DNA from: Malacoraja senta | Lineage: Eukaryota | DNA length: 64,000 nt | Reading direction: 5' to 3' | Assembly (NCBI GenBank): GCA_038087875.1 | Contig: CM075994.1 | Span: forward strand, 9,674,001-9,738,000 | Part shown: one piece after another, positions 34,888 through 49,345 of the stretch | Layout of the letters: every line of letters begins with the position of its first letter | Position numbering within the stretch: the first letter of the stretch is position 1 | Notes under the pieces: generated by a model | The model's database searches: none | What the model was told of the DNA's origin: nothing | The model's input: the letters and a program-made list of their open reading frames with translations, nothing else | Translations under genes and position numbers: made by a program

Positions 34888-35907
34888 ATAATAATAATAA
34901 TGCATTTTATTTGCTGGCGCCTTTCTGGACACCCAAGGACACCTTACAGGACATAAAATCACAAAAAACACCAAGGTCTCAAGGACACCTTACAGAGACC
35001 AACAAATAAGAAACACATAATCGGAATAAAATAAATTATAAAGACCACAATACACAAATCAAGGACAGAATTCATTCCAAAGGCACAAAAAAGAAAATCA
35101 GAAACACAACTTGAGGAGAGAGCAGCGGCAGCTAAACCGCGCCAGCGTCCACTCTCCCCTCCGACCGCCATCTTGAACACAGACTAACATAGACACAGCA
35201 CACAAAAATCATCCCCCCACAATGGTTACCACTGTGGGGGAAGGCACAATGTCCAGTCCCCAACCCCAGTTCTCCCACAGTCAGGCCTATTGAGGCCTCC
35301 GCTATTGCCTCTACGGAGGCCCGATGTTCCTGGCCGTTCTCACCGGTTGATGCTGCCCCGGCGTCGGGAGAGTCCTCACAGCGGCTGGGCCACCTGGAAC
35401 GGCCGCATTCCTCATCGGAGGCCGCAGCTACCGAAGCCGACAAGGCCGCGCCGGTTTGGAGCTCCAAGGCTCCCGATGTTGAAGTGGGCGCCGCCCGATC
35501 CTCTCCGCAGTCCCGCAGCCCGGAGGTGTTGACCTCGGCGGTCACAGCTCACCGGAGCTCCACCGCGTCGATCCAGCGCGGCGACCCAGGCAAGGCATCG
35601 CCCGCTACGCTCCGCGACAACGCACCAGCGCTGTGCCGCCACCAAACCGAGGTGCAGGGCGGTCCCCGCCAGGAAACGGCGCTCCAGGCCCGCTGGTAGG
35701 CCATAAGGATGGGTCGACGGGGCAGCCCGGAGAAAAGCTGCCTCACCCACCAGGTAGGGACCTAGAAATTTCGTTGCCCCCTTCACCAAACACTAAAAAG
35801 TAGAATGTCTCCTACAAGCAAAACGGAGATTCACCAAAACCGTCAAAAAAAGTGATTTAAACGGACGGCTGCTGGTTAGCAGCCGTTCCACAAGATGGCT
35901 CCTCCTC
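34888..35907 (-). mobile_element. GC-rich non-autonomous element of about 1 kb with L2-like 3' end and (ATT)n tail
   Basis: Minus-strand end AAGGTGTCCTTGGGTGTCCAGAAAGGCGCC...AATAAAATGCATTATTATT. It splits a CR1 3' UTR (GGCTGATC | CAATCAGT). No recognisable ORF. Confidence 0.6.
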
Positions 35908-37555
35908 CAATCAGTAATCCGTTCCTGCCTTCAGGGAACATGTTTCCTGTCTCTAGCATGTCCAAGACCCTTAATAATCTGTTTCAATAAGATGCCCTCT
36001 CATCCTTCTAAACTCCAGAGTGTACAAGCCCAGCCGCTCCATTCTCTCAGCATATGACAGTCCCGCCATCCCGGGAATTAACCTGGTGAACCTACGCTGC
36101 ACTCCCTCAGTCGCAAGAATCTCCTTCCTCAAGTTAGGTGACCATGTATTGTCTTTCCGCTGACTGGTTAGCACGCAACAAAAGCTTTTCACTGTACCTC
36201 GGTACACGTGACAATAAATGGAATTGAACTGCACCCGTGGTCAGGATCGAACCGGGTCTCTGGGGCCTGAAGGGGAGGGAACTCTACCGCTGCGCCACCG
36301 CGCTCGCGTTTATTAACTTTTCTTTTGTGCACCCAGCCGACAAACTTGTTTTTCAATCGGGGCAGATGCTTTACGCATTCCTGCAGCTTATGTTACAGCC
36401 TGGAATGTCTCCACAGCATTCTTGAAAGGGACTGACGCAACGGTCAAAAAAGTATTTTGCCACTTTGGCCTTCATGAGTCAGAACATTCAGTACAGACGT
36501 CGGGAGGTCATGTTGCAGTTGTACAAGACGCCGGTGAGGCCGCATTCAGTGTCTGTGTCTGAAGAAGGGTCTCGACCCGAAACGTCACCCACTCCTTCTC
36601 TCCATTCTTGCTATTGAGGGAGTGCAGCGTAGGTTCACCAGGATGGCGGGACTGTCGTATGCTGAGAGAATGGAGCGGCTGGGCTTGTACACTCTGGAGT
36701 TTAGAAGGATGAGAGGGTATCTCATTGAAACATATAAGATTGTTAAGGGTTTGGACACGCTAGAGGTAGGAAACATGTTCCCGATGTTGGGGGAGTCCAG
36801 AACCAGGGGCCACACAGTTTAAGAATAAGGGGTAAGCCATTTAGAACGGAGACGAGGAAACACTTTTTCTCACAGTGAGTGGTGAGTCTGTGGCATTCTC
36901 TGACTCAGAGGGCGGTGGAGGCCGGTTCTCTGGATGCTTTCAAGAGAGAGCTAGATAGGGCTCTTAAAGATAGCAGAGTCAGGGGATATGGGGAGAAGGC
37001 AGGAACGGGGGTACTGATTGGGGATGATCAGCCATGATCACATAGGACGGCGGTGCTGGCTCAAAGGGCCAAATGGCCTACTCCTGCACCTATTGTCTAT
37101 TAAAGATAGCGGAGTCAGGGGATATGGGGAGAAGGCAGGAACAGGATACTGATTGGGGATGATCAGCCATGATCACATTGAATGGCGGTGCTGGCTCAAA
37201 GGGCCGAACGGCCTACTCCTGCCTATTGCCTTCCATCACAGTGAGGATTGGGGATTCCACTGTGGTGGATGTTTATGTGAAATTTCATTTGATGTAGCTG
37301 TGTCTCTTGTTGCTTTGCACTTAGTTATGGCTGCGTGGGATCTCAAATATCAATGTGCCTTAATTGGTGTATGCTTTGCCCAACACCTCCGCTCAGTTCG
37401 CACTCCCGGTGGCTCAGCACTTAGAACATTGAAAATAGGTGCAGGAGTGGGCCATTCGGCGCTTCGAGCCTACACCGCCATTCAATGTGATCATCCAACT
37501 CAGTATCCTGTACCTGCCTTCTCTCTGAACTGAACTGAACTGAATTTTATTTATA

Positions 37556-38335
37556 GAGTACATGGTAAATGGTAGAGAATTGAGGAATGCAGTTGAACAG
37601 AGGGATCTTGGAATAACTGTGCATAGTTCCCTGAAGGTGGAATCTCATGTAGATAGGGTGGTAAAGAAAGCTTTTGGTGTGCTGGCCTTTATAAATCAGA
37701 GCATTGAGTATAGAAGTTGGGATGTAATGTTAAAATTTAACAAGTCATTGGTGAGGCCAATTCTGGAGTATGGAGTACAATTTTGGTCGCCTAATTATAG
37801 GAAGGATGTCAACAAAATAGAGAGAGTACAGAGGAGATTTACTAGAATGTTGCCTGGGTTTCAGCAACTAAGTTACAGAGAAAGTTTGAACAAGTTAGGG
37901 CTTTATTCTTTGGAGCGCAGAAGGTTAAGAGGGGACTTGATAGAGGTCTTCAAAATGATGAGAGGGATAGACAGAGTTGACGTGGATAAGCTTTTCCCAC
38001 TGAGAGTAGGGAAGATTCAAACAAGGGGACATGACTTGAGAATTAAGGGACAGAAGTTTAGGGGTAACATGAGGGGGAACTTCTTTACTCAGAGAGTGGT
38101 GGCTGTGTGGAATGAGCTTCCAGTGGAAGTGGTGGAGGCAGGTTCGTTTTTATCATTTAAAAATAAATTGGATAGTTATATGGACGGGAAAGGAATGGAG
38201 GGTTATGGTCTGAGCGCAGGTAGATGGGACTAGGGGAGAATACGTGTTCGGCACGGACTAGAAGGGTCGAGATGGCCTGTTTCCGTGCTGTAGTTGTTAT
38301 ATGTTATATGTTATATGTTATATGTTATATGTTAT
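37556..38335 (+). mobile_element. CR1-type LINE 3' part, distinct subfamily, open frame of 223 aa, (TTATATG)n tail
   Basis: ORF 37562-38233 RDLG...LVRPILEYGVQFWSP...WNELP. Confidence 0.9.
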
Positions 38336-40319
38336 AGAACACTTTAAAAACAACCACTGTTGCAACAAACTGCTGTACATGACTAATCATAAACATCAAA
38401 CAAAGCAATAAAAACATTAAGACAGTAAAAACAATAAAAAAAATCAATAGAAACACTAAAACAGGGACAAAGTCTCATGCAGGGTCAAAAGCCAAGGAAT
38501 AGAAAAGGGTTTTAAGACTAGCTTTGCAAATGGACAGTGAAGGGGCCTGTCTAATGTGCAAAGGTAGAGTGTTCCATAATGTCGGAGCAGCAACAGGGAA
38601 GGCTCTATCCCCTCTGAGCTTCCGCTTAGACCTGGGTACCTCCAGGAGCAGCTGATCAGCTGACCTCTCCATACCCCCTGATCCCTTTAGCCACAAGGAC
38701 CACATCTAACTCCCTCTTAAATATAGCCAATGAACTGGCCTCAACTACCTTCTGTGGCAGAGAATTCCACAGATTCACCACTCTCTGTGTGAAAAATGTT
38801 TTTCTCATCTCGGTCCTAAAAGACTTCCCCCTTATCCTTAAACTGTGACCCCCTTGTTCTGGAAGGGGCGCTTCAACTCCCTCTCCCATTCCCGATCTGA
38901 GCTTTCTGTCCTGGGCCTCCTCCATGGCCAGAGTGAGTCCCACCACGAACTTGAAAGAGATACGTGCAGATTGCAAGTGTGAGTCAGACTGTGATGAGTT
39001 TTGCTTCCTGTATTTAATGAGCAGTCCGGAATCAAGTCGCTCGACCAATTCCTGGAGACGAAACGGTTGTACTCACAAGCCAGCTATAAACAAACACTGG
39101 TGCACAAAAGTGCTGGAGAAACTCAGCGGGTGTAGCAGCATCTATGGAGCGAAGGAAATAGGCAACGTTTCGGGCCGAAACCCTTCTTCAGATAAACAAA
39201 CACTGCGTTGCTTAAGATACAAGGAACTGCAGATGTTGGCTTACAAAAAAAAAAGACACAGAGTGCTGGAGTAACTCAGCAAGTCAGGCAGGGAACATGG
39301 ATGGGGTCGGGGACCCTTCTCCAGACTGTGAAGTGACAACAGGTGTAGGAGTGTGACAATTCGGCCCTTCGCGAGCCATTCATTGTAATCATCCCCAATC
39401 ACTCAGTACCCCGTTCCTGCCTTCTCCCCATGTCCCCTGACTCCGCTATCTTTAAGAGGGGGGGTGAAGACTATTAAGGTGCAGAAGTGTGAAAACAAAC
39501 GCACACCTCCAGATTCAGGGACAGTTTCTTCTCAGCTGTTATCAGGCAACTGAACCGTCCTACCAACAACTGGAGAGCGGTCCTGAGCTACTATCTACCT
39601 CATTGGAGACACTCGGACTATCTTTGATCGGACTTAGATGGAAACATAGATACATAGAAAATAGGTGCAGGAGGAGGCCATTCGGCCCTTCGAGCCAGCA
39701 CCGACATTCATGGTGATGATGGCTGATCGTCCCCAATCAATAATCTGTGCCTGCCTTCTCCCCATATCCCTTGATTCCACTAGCCCCTAGAGCTCTATCT
39801 AACTCCCTCTTAAATCCATCCAGTGATTTGGCCTCCACTGCCCTCTGTGGCAGGGAATTCCACAAATTCACAACTCTCTGGGTGAAAACGTTTTTTCTCA
39901 CCTGTCTTAAATGACCTCTCCTTTATTCTAAGATTGTGTGTGGCCCCCTGGTTCTGGACTCGCCCAACATTGGGAACATTTTTCCTGCATCTAGCTTGTC
40001 GAGTCCTTGTATAATTTTATATGTTTCTATTAAATTAAAGCTGGTTCCATACACCCCCCCCACTTTGTGTTGAAAAAGTTGCCCCTCAGGTTCCTACTGC
40101 TTTATCTGGTTCTCAACCTTATGCAGTGATACAGTGGTGGAAACAGGCCCTTCGGCCCAACTCGCCCACACCGGCCAACAATGTCCCAGCTACACTAGTC
40201 CCACCTGCCTGCGCTTGGTCCATATCCCTCCAAACCTGTCCTATCCATGTACCTCTGTCCAACTGTTTTCTTAAACGTTGAGATAGTCCCAGCCTCAACT
40301 ACCTCCTCTGGCAAAGTGT

Positions 40320-41765
40320 TAAAGAAGGAACTGCAGAGGCTGGAAAATCGAAGGTACACAAAAATGCTGGAGAAACTCAGCGGGTGCAGCAGCATCTATG
40401 GAGCGAAGGAAATAGGCAACGTTTCGGGGCGAAACCCTTCTTCAGACTGATAGGGGGTGGGGAGAAGAAAGGAAAAAAGGCGGAGGAGCCCGAGGGCTGG
40501 GGGAGGGGATGAGACAACCAGAGGGCTGATGAAGGGGAGGGGACAGCAAGGGCTAGCAGAGTTGGGAGAATTCAATGTTCAAGCCCCCAGGATGTAGACT
40601 GCCCAAGCGGAATATGAGGTGCATTTCCTCCAATTTCCGGTGTTGCTCGCTGTGGCCATGGAGGAGACCCAGGACAGAGAGGTCAGATACGGAATGGGAG
40701 GGGGAGTTGAAGTGCTGAGCCACCGGGAGGTCAGGTAGCTTATTGCGGACCGACCAGAGGTGTTCAGCGAAACGATCGCCAAGCCTCCGCTTGGTCTCAC
40801 CGATGTAGATTAGCTGACATCTAGAGCAGCGGATGCAATAGATGAGGTTGGAGAAGATGCAGGTGAATCTCTGTCGCACCTGGAACGACTGCTTGGGTCC
40901 TTGAATGGAGTCGAGGGGGGGAGGTGAAGGGACAAGTGTTGCATCTCTAGCGGTTGCAAGGGAAAGTACCCGGAAGCGGGTGGTACGGGAGGGAAGGGAA
41001 GAATTGACAAGGGAGTTACGGAGGGAGCGGTCTTTGCGGAAGGCAGACATGGGGGGAGATGTGGCGAGTGGTGGGGTCACGTTGGAGGTGGCGAAACTGA
41101 CGGAGGATCACATGTTGTATGTGACGGCTGGTGGGGTGAAAGGTGAGGACTAGGGGGACTATGCCCTTGTTGTGAGTGAGGGGATGGGGAGAGAGAGCAG
41201 TGTTGCGGGGTATGGCAGAGACCCTGGTGCGAGCCTCATCTATGGTGGAGGAGGGGAACCCCCGTTCCCTGAAGAATGAGGACATTTCGGATGCCCTGGT
41301 GTGGAACGCCTCATCCTGGGAGCAGATGCGGCGTAGGCGGAGGAATTGGGAGTGGGGGATGGAGTCCTTACAGGAAGCAGGGTGGGAAGTGTAGTCCAGA
41401 TAGCCATGGGAGTCGGTAGGTTTGTAGTGGATGTCGGTATGAAGTCTATCACCTGCGATGGAGATAGTGAGGTCAAGGAATGGTAGGGAAGTGTCGGAAA
41501 TGGTCCAGGTGTATTTGAGTGCCGGATGGAAGTTGGTGGTGAAGCGGATGAAGTCAGTCAGTTGTGTGTGGGTGCAGGAGGTGGCACGAAAAGAGTCATC
41601 GATGTAGCGGAGGTAGAGGTCGGGATGGGGCCCTGGTACGCATTGAACAAGGATTGTTCTACGTACCCGACAAAGAGGCAGGCGTAGCTGGGGCCCATGC
41701 GTGTGCCCATAGCTATGCTTGTATTTGGAGGAAATGGGAGGAGTCAAATGAGAAGTTATTGAGGG
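40320..41765 (-). mobile_element. Penelope-like element (RT plus GIY-YIG, frameshifted)
   Basis: LYLRYIDDSF, LPFLDL, YKPTDSHGYL, RLRRICS; then NLIYCIRC...YIGETKR...HFN. Confidence 0.93.
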
Positions 41766-44700
41766 TGTGTACCTACCTCCTCTGGCAGCTTGTTCCATAC
41801 ACCCACCACCCTCTGTGTGAAAAAGTTACCACCCAGGTTCCTATTAAAATCTTTCCCCTTCACCTTGAACCTATGTCCTCTGGTCCTCGATTCCCCTACT
41901 CTGGGCGAGACTCTGTGCGTCTACCCGATCTATTCCTCTCATGATTTTGTACACCTCTATAAGATCACCGCTCATCCTCCTGCGCTCCATGGAATAGAGA
42001 CCCAGCCTGCTCAACCTCTCAGGTTATTCACCTTATCCTGTATCTATACGTTGTACTCAGCTTGTTTGTAACCATGTGTAGTCACTTCTCTTGACTGGGT
42101 AGCACGCAGCAGAAGAACGCGTTTCGCTGTACCTCGATACACGTGACAACATTTAAGAGATCACAGGCTCGGCGATCGCTTCGCCCAACACCTCCGCTCA
42201 GTTCGCACTCCCGGTGGCCCAGCACTTCAACTCCCCCTCCCATTCCCAATCCGACCTTTCTGTCCTGGGCCTCCTCCATGGCCAGAGTGAGTCCCACCGC
42301 AAATTGGAGCAGCACCTCATATTTCCCTTGGGCAGTTTACACCCCAGCGGTATCAACATTGACTTCTCCAATTTCAGGTACTCCCTGCTTTCTCCTCCCC
42401 TTCCCAGCTCTCCCACAGCCCACTGTCTCCGCCTCTACCTTTCTCTCCCCCCCCCCACCTCCACATCAGTCTGAAGAAGGGTCTCGACCCGAAACGTCAC
42501 CAATTCCTTCGCTCCATAGATGCTGCTTCACCCGCTGAGTTTGTCCAGCATTTTCCAATACCTCTTGTTATGAAGGCCGACATGCCATTAGCTTTCTTCA
42601 CAGCCATCCAGGAATCAACCTGGTGAACCTCGCTGCACTCCCTCAATAGACAGTGGCTGATCTATCTCCAGTTTCAGGTAGTCCCAGCTTTCTCCCTCCC
42701 TTCCCCTCCCCTTCCCAGCTCTCCCACAAACCTACAAACTTCGGAGCGTGGGTGGAAAGCGAAGATCTTGGGGTCAATAGACAATATGTGCAGGAGGCCA
42801 TTCGAGCCATTCAATGTGATCATGGCTGACCATCCCCAATCAGTACCCCGTTCCTCCCTTCTCCCCATATCCCCTGACTCCGCTATCTTTAAGAGCCCTA
42901 TCTAGCTCTCTCTTGAAAGTATCCAGAGAACCTGCCTCCACCGCCCTCTGAGGCAGAGAATTCCACAGACTCACCACTCTCTGTGAGAAAAAGTGTTTCC
43001 TCGTCTCCGTTCTAAATGGCTTACCCCTTATTCTTAAACTGTGTGGCCCTTGGTTCTGGACTCCCCCAACATCGGGAACATGTTTCCTGCCTCCAGCGTG
43101 TCCAAACCCTTAATAATCTTAAATGTTTCAATGAGATGCCCTCTCATCCTTCTAAACTCCAGAGTGTACAAGCCCAGCCGCTCCATTCTCTCAGGATATG
43201 ACAGTCCCGCCATCCCGGGAATTAACCTTGTAAACCTACGCTGCACTCCCTCAATAGCATTCATCCCGTCTGTTTCCCTCAATACCAAGAATGTCCTTCC
43301 TCAAATTTGGAGACCAAAACTGCACACAATACTCCAGGTGTGGTCTCACTAGGGCCCTGTACAACTGGGAAAACCCACTCAGGTGCCGGGGAAGCGTACA
43401 AACTCCGCAGTCGGGGATCGAACCCGGGTCTCCGGCGCGGCGAGGCATCGACTCGACCGCTGCGCCACAAGAATTGTTGCGTCTATTTCCACACATGGTA
43501 GGATCAAGTAGATATCTTTAATTATGGTTTTTCTTTACACCTTCGAGATCGGACATTGATAGTTGAACAAGACAAGGGTCGCGCGGTTTGCATCCACTGG
43601 TGCGCATACACTAGGCCGGGCTGGAATAGGAAGGGTTCCTTGCGCAATGTTAGCCCAAATCTCTCTCCCTCCAAATTGGAACAGACTTTACATAAAAAGA
43701 TTGGATCGACTGGAATTTAGACGGATGAGAGGGGATCTTATAGAAACATATAAAATTGATACTTTCATTGATACTTTCAAGATAGCAGAGTCAGAGGGAT
43801 ATGGGGAGAAGGCAGGAACGGGGTACTGATTGGGGATGATCAGCCGTGATCACATTGAATGGCGGTGCTGGCTGGAAGGGCCGAATGGCCTCCTCCTGCA
43901 CCTATTGTCTATTGTTATGGGGAGGGGGAGAAGGCAGGAAAATGGGACGAGGAGGCAGAGATCAGCCGTGATTGAATGGCACAGTAGATTCGATGGGCCG
44001 AATGGACCTACGCCTACTCCGATAACTTGTGAGAACACCAAGTCCCCCCTCTCTCTCTTTCTCTCTCTGTCCCTCGTTCTCTCTCTCTCTCCCCCCCCCT
44101 CTCTCTGTCCCTACCTCTGGCAGGCAACGGATGATCTCAGGAAGGGTGGAGTCCATCAGGGTCCATTGTTGGCTGGGGGGAAGGGGTAGAGAGGGATACG
44201 AGGATGCGAACAGTGGGACTAGGAGGATTACTCGTGGTGGGTGCGGGGGGGGGGGGGGAGAGGGAGAGGGAATGCAGGAGTCACGACTCCTTGGAAACAG
44301 GTCTTATGGCCAGTTGGGCCCTTGCCGCCCATCCAACTCCCACTAATCCCGTCTCACCCGCCCCCCGACGTTCCCGTCATCTGGAATCTGACCAACTTTC
44401 CGAGACCAGCAGCCGTTTAGTTTAGCTCAGAGATACAGCGCGGAAACAGGCCCCTCGGCCCACCGTGTCCGCGCCGACCAGCGATCCCCGCACGCTAACA
44501 CTATCCCACACGCACACATTAGGGGACCATAAGCCAATCGACCGACAAACGTGAGGGTCGTTGGAGTGTGGGAGGAAACCGGAGCACCCGGAGAAAACCT
44601 ACGCGGGTCACGGGGAGAACGTGCGAGCTCCGTACAGACAGCGCCCGTGGCCAGGACTACCCCACACCCCCCCTCACACACACACACAATAGGGATGATC

Positions 44701-45019
44701 TACACTTTTTTTTTAAACCGGAGGCAATTTGCCCGCAAACCTGCACGTGTTTGGAGCGCAGTTTTGGGAGGGAAAGCGGAGAGATCGCCAGAGGAAACCC
44801 ACGCGGGGGAGAGTGTGCAAACTCCGTACAGACAGCGCCCGCGGTCGGGGTGTGCGTGGAGTCTGGCTCCTCGCCCGCGACCACCATCTCCGCGGGGGAA
44901 TGGCCGGCCGGCCAGGCCTGTGGGCCTCGCCCTGCACAGGAAGCAGTGTGTGGATGGATGGGTGGGTGGGTGGGTGGGTGGAGGAGAGCAGGTCGATGCG
45001 GGAACGTACAGCAGAGGCA

Positions 45020-45043
45020 TCTCTCACACCCCTCACTCCCTCA

Positions 45044-45081
<38 letters not shown>

Positions 45082-45765
45082 CCCTACCCCCCTCTCTCTC
45101 TCAGTCCATCTCCCACTCTCTCTCTGCCCTCTGTCCTTGTCTCTCGCTCCCCTCTTTCAGTGTTCCCTCTCTCTCTCTCTCCCCCTCTCCTCTCGCGCAG
45201 TCACTACCCCTGACCCGCTCCCTCTCTGTCCCTCTCTTCTCTCTCTCCCCCCCATTCTCTCTCTCTGTCCCTCGCTCTCTCTGTCCCTAACCGTCCCGCT
45301 CTCTCACTGTCCCCCTCTCCCCTCTCTCTCTCAATCATCCTATCTCCCCTCTCTATGTCTCTCCCTCCCTCTCTGTCATTCCCTCTCTCTGTCTCTCCCT
45401 CTCTCTCTGCATGGTGTGGGGGGGGGATTGTGTGGGCATTGGGGGGGTGGGTAGAGGCAAAGAACTGCCGGGTGGAGGGAGGAAGCTCCTCAGTATGGGG
45501 GGGTGGGGGCAGGGGGGGTTGGGCTCGTGGGGCAAGCGTGGAGAGGGGAGGGGAGGGGGGGAGAAGAGGGGAGGAGAAGAGCAGAGGTGAGGGGTGGGAG
45601 GAGGAGGAGGGGAGGGGAGGGGAGGGGAGGGGAGAAGAGAGGAGAGGGGAGGAGAGAGACGAGAGGGGAGAGGAGAGGGGGAGGAGGGAGAGGAGAGGGG
45701 GAGAGGAGAGGGGGGGAGGAGAGGAGAGGGAGAGGAGAGGGGGAGGAGGGAGAGGAGAGGGGGAC
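45020..45765. repeat. Polypyrimidine (45020-45410) and polypurine (45520-45765) low-complexity tracts
   Basis: (CT)-rich block followed by a (GA/GGA)-rich block, just 3' of the ABHD16A stop. Confidence 0.9.
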
Positions 45766-45850
45766 AATGCCATGACACCAGGACCCCCCTCCCCCTCCAT
45801 CACGTTGCTCAGTGCACCCTCTCTTGCCGCTTGCCCCGGGCCTCGGGCAG

Positions 45851-45935
45851 CTACAAGGACCAGGGCAGAGGGAACTCAGACGCCGGTTAGTGGAGTGCAG
45901 TGCGTGGCATCAAAGTTCCTCATGTACTTGTGAGC
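45851..45935 (-). CDS. ABHD16A: ABHD16A/BAT5 terminal exon (one extra base as assembled)
   Basis: cctgcag|GCT. Reads AHKYMRNFDATHCTPL; deleting one base at 45887-45888 gives PASEFPLPWSL*, compared with human ARKHLHNFEATHCTPLPAQNFQMPWHL. Confidence 0.92.
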
Positions 45936-45959
45936 CTGCAGGAGTAGAGACAAGTGGAT

Positions 45960-48900
45960 CAACACACACATGCACACGCACACACACACACACCCCACTC
46001 CCCACACACACCCCACCCCCCACACACACACACCACCCCCCACACACACACACACACCCGCAACTCACACACATACACCCGCAACTCACACACACCCACC
46101 CCCCACACACACACCCCACCCCCCACACACACACACACCCCACTCCCCACACACCCCCCACCCCCCACACACACCCCACCCCCCACACACACACACCACC
46201 CCCACACACACACACACCCCACTCCCCACACACACACCCCACCCCCACACACACACACACACCCCACTCCCCACACACACCCCACCCCCCACACACACAC
46301 ACACCACCCCCACACACACACACACCCCACTCCCCACACACACCCCACCCCCCCACACACACACACCACCCCCCACACACACACCCCACTCCCCCACACA
46401 CACACCACCCCCCCCACACACACACACCACCCCCCACACACACACCACTCCCCACACACACACACACCACCCCCCACACACACACCACTCCCCACACACA
46501 CACACCACCCCCACACACACACACAAACCGCAACTCACACACACCCCACCCCCCCACACACACACACCCCCCCCACACACACACACCCCACCCCCCACAC
46601 ACACACACCACACCCCCCCCACACACACACACACACCCGCAACTCACACACACCCCACCCCCCACACACACCCCACCCCCACACACACACCACCCCCCAC
46701 AACACCACACCACTCCCCCCACACCCCCCCACACGCACACCACCCCCCCCACACGCACACCACCCCCACACACGCACACCACCCCCCACACACACACACC
46801 ACCCCCCACACACACACACCACCCCCCACACACACACACACCCCCCACACACACACACACACCCGCAACTCACACACACCCCACCCCCACACACACACCA
46901 CCCCCCACACACACACCACACCACCCCACACACACACACCACCCCCACACACACACCACCCCCCACACACACACACACCACCCCCCACACACACACCCGC
47001 AACTCACACACACCCCACCCCACACACACACACCACCCCCCACACACACCCGCAACTCACACACACACCACTCCCCACACACACACACCACCCACCACAC
47101 ACACACACCACCCCCCCACACACCACACACCACCCCCACACACACACACACCACCCCCACACACACACACCACCCACCACACACACACACCACCCCCACA
47201 CACACACACACCCCCACACACACACACACCACCCCCCACACACACACCCCACCCACCACACACACACCCGCAACTCACACACACACACACACACACCCCA
47301 CCCCCCACACACACACCCGCAACTCACACACACACACACACCACCCCCCACACACACACACCACTCCCCACACACACACACCACCCCCCACACACACACA
47401 CCACTCCCCACACACACACCCGCAACTCACACACACCACTCCCCACACACACACACCACCCCCCACACACACACACACCACCCCCCACACACACACACAC
47501 CACCCCCCACACACACACACACACCACCCCCCACACACACACACACCACCCCCCACACACACACACACCACCCCCCACACACACACACCACCCCCCACAC
47601 ACACACACACCACTCCCCACACACACACCCGCAACTCACACACACACCACTCCCCACACACACACACCACCCCCCACACACACACACACCACCCCCCACA
47701 CACACACACACACCACCCCCCACACACACACACACCACCCCCCACACACACACACCACCCCCCCACACACACACACACCACTCCCCACACACACACACAC
47801 CCCCCACACACACACACACACCACCCCCCCACACACACACACACCACCCCACACACACCCGCAACTCACACACACACACCCCCACACACACACACCACCC
47901 CCACACACACACCCGCACTCACACACACACCACCCCCCACACCCACACACCACCCCCCACACACACACCACCCCCCACACACACACCACCCCCCACACAC
48001 ACACACCACCCCCCACACACACACACCACCCCCCACACACACACCCGCAACTCACACACACACCACCCCCCACACACACACACCACCCCCCACACACACA
48101 CACCACCCCCACACACACACACCACCCCCCACACACACACACACACCACTCCCCACACACACACACCCCCCACACACACACACCACCCCCCACACACACA
48201 CACACCACCCCACACACACACACACCCCCCACACACACACACCACCCCCCACACACACACACCACCCCCCACACACACACACCACCCCCCACACACACAC
48301 ACCACCCCCCACACACACACCCGCAACTCACACACACACACTCCCCACACACACACCACCCTCCACACACACACACACCACTCCCCACACACACACACCA
48401 CCCCCCACACACACACACCACCCCCCACACACACACCCGCAACTCACACACACACCACTCCCCACACACACACACCACCCCCACACACACACACACCACT
48501 CCCCACACACACACCACCACCCCCACACACACACACCACCCCCCACACACACACCCGCAACTCACACACACACCACTCCCCACACACACACACACCCCCA
48601 CACACACACACACCACTCCCCACACACACACACCACCCCCCACACACACACACCACCCCCCACACACACACCCGCAACTCATACACACACCCCCCCCACA
48701 CACACACCACCCCCCACACACACACACCCCCCCCACACACACACACCACCCCCCACACACACACCCGCAACTCACACACACACCACCCCCCACACACACA
48801 CACCACCCCCCACACACACACACCACCCCCCACCACACACACCACCACCCCCCACACACACACACACCACACCCCCCACACACACACACCACCCCCCACA

Positions 48901-49250
48901 CACACACACCACCCCCCACACACACACACCACCCCCCACACACACCCCGCAACTCACCACACACACCACCCCCACACACACACACACCACCCCCCACACA
49001 CACCCGACACACACATACCCCACACACCAGCCCCCCACACACACGTACACACACCACCCACACACAACCCCACACACACCCACCCCACCCACACACCACC
49101 CCCCCACACACACCCCATACACTCACAACACACATACACACACACACACACACAACCCACATACACACACACCCGACACACACACCCCCACCCACACACA
49201 CCGCTCACACCCCCCCCTCCACACACCCCCACACACACCCCCCCCCACTC
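45960..49250. repeat. C/A-rich satellite of about 3.3 kb filling the last ABHD16A intron
   Basis: (CA)n-CCACCCCC units punctuated by CCCGCAACT and CCACTCCC motifs. Confidence 0.97.
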
Positions 49251-49345
49251 CCTCCCATGTGAGTCTGCGCCACCTCTCGCCCCCCTTGACGGTGAGGAGG
49301 GGGTAGAGGCCGCCCCCCCCAGAGGTGCAGAGTGAAGCCACTTGC

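Noticed and set aside
32300..36460. Candidate TRAF 5' UTR exons in unique islands (about 32329-32392 and 36374-36420, minus)
   Set aside because: Weak splice signals, located beyond the gap, and not supportable without transcripts.
45812..49335. ORFs over 1100 aa rich in His/Thr/Pro, and the Val/Cys/Gly-rich antisense ORFs
   Set aside because: Stop-free translations of the C/A satellite, open in all three plus frames and lying inside an ABHD16A intron.
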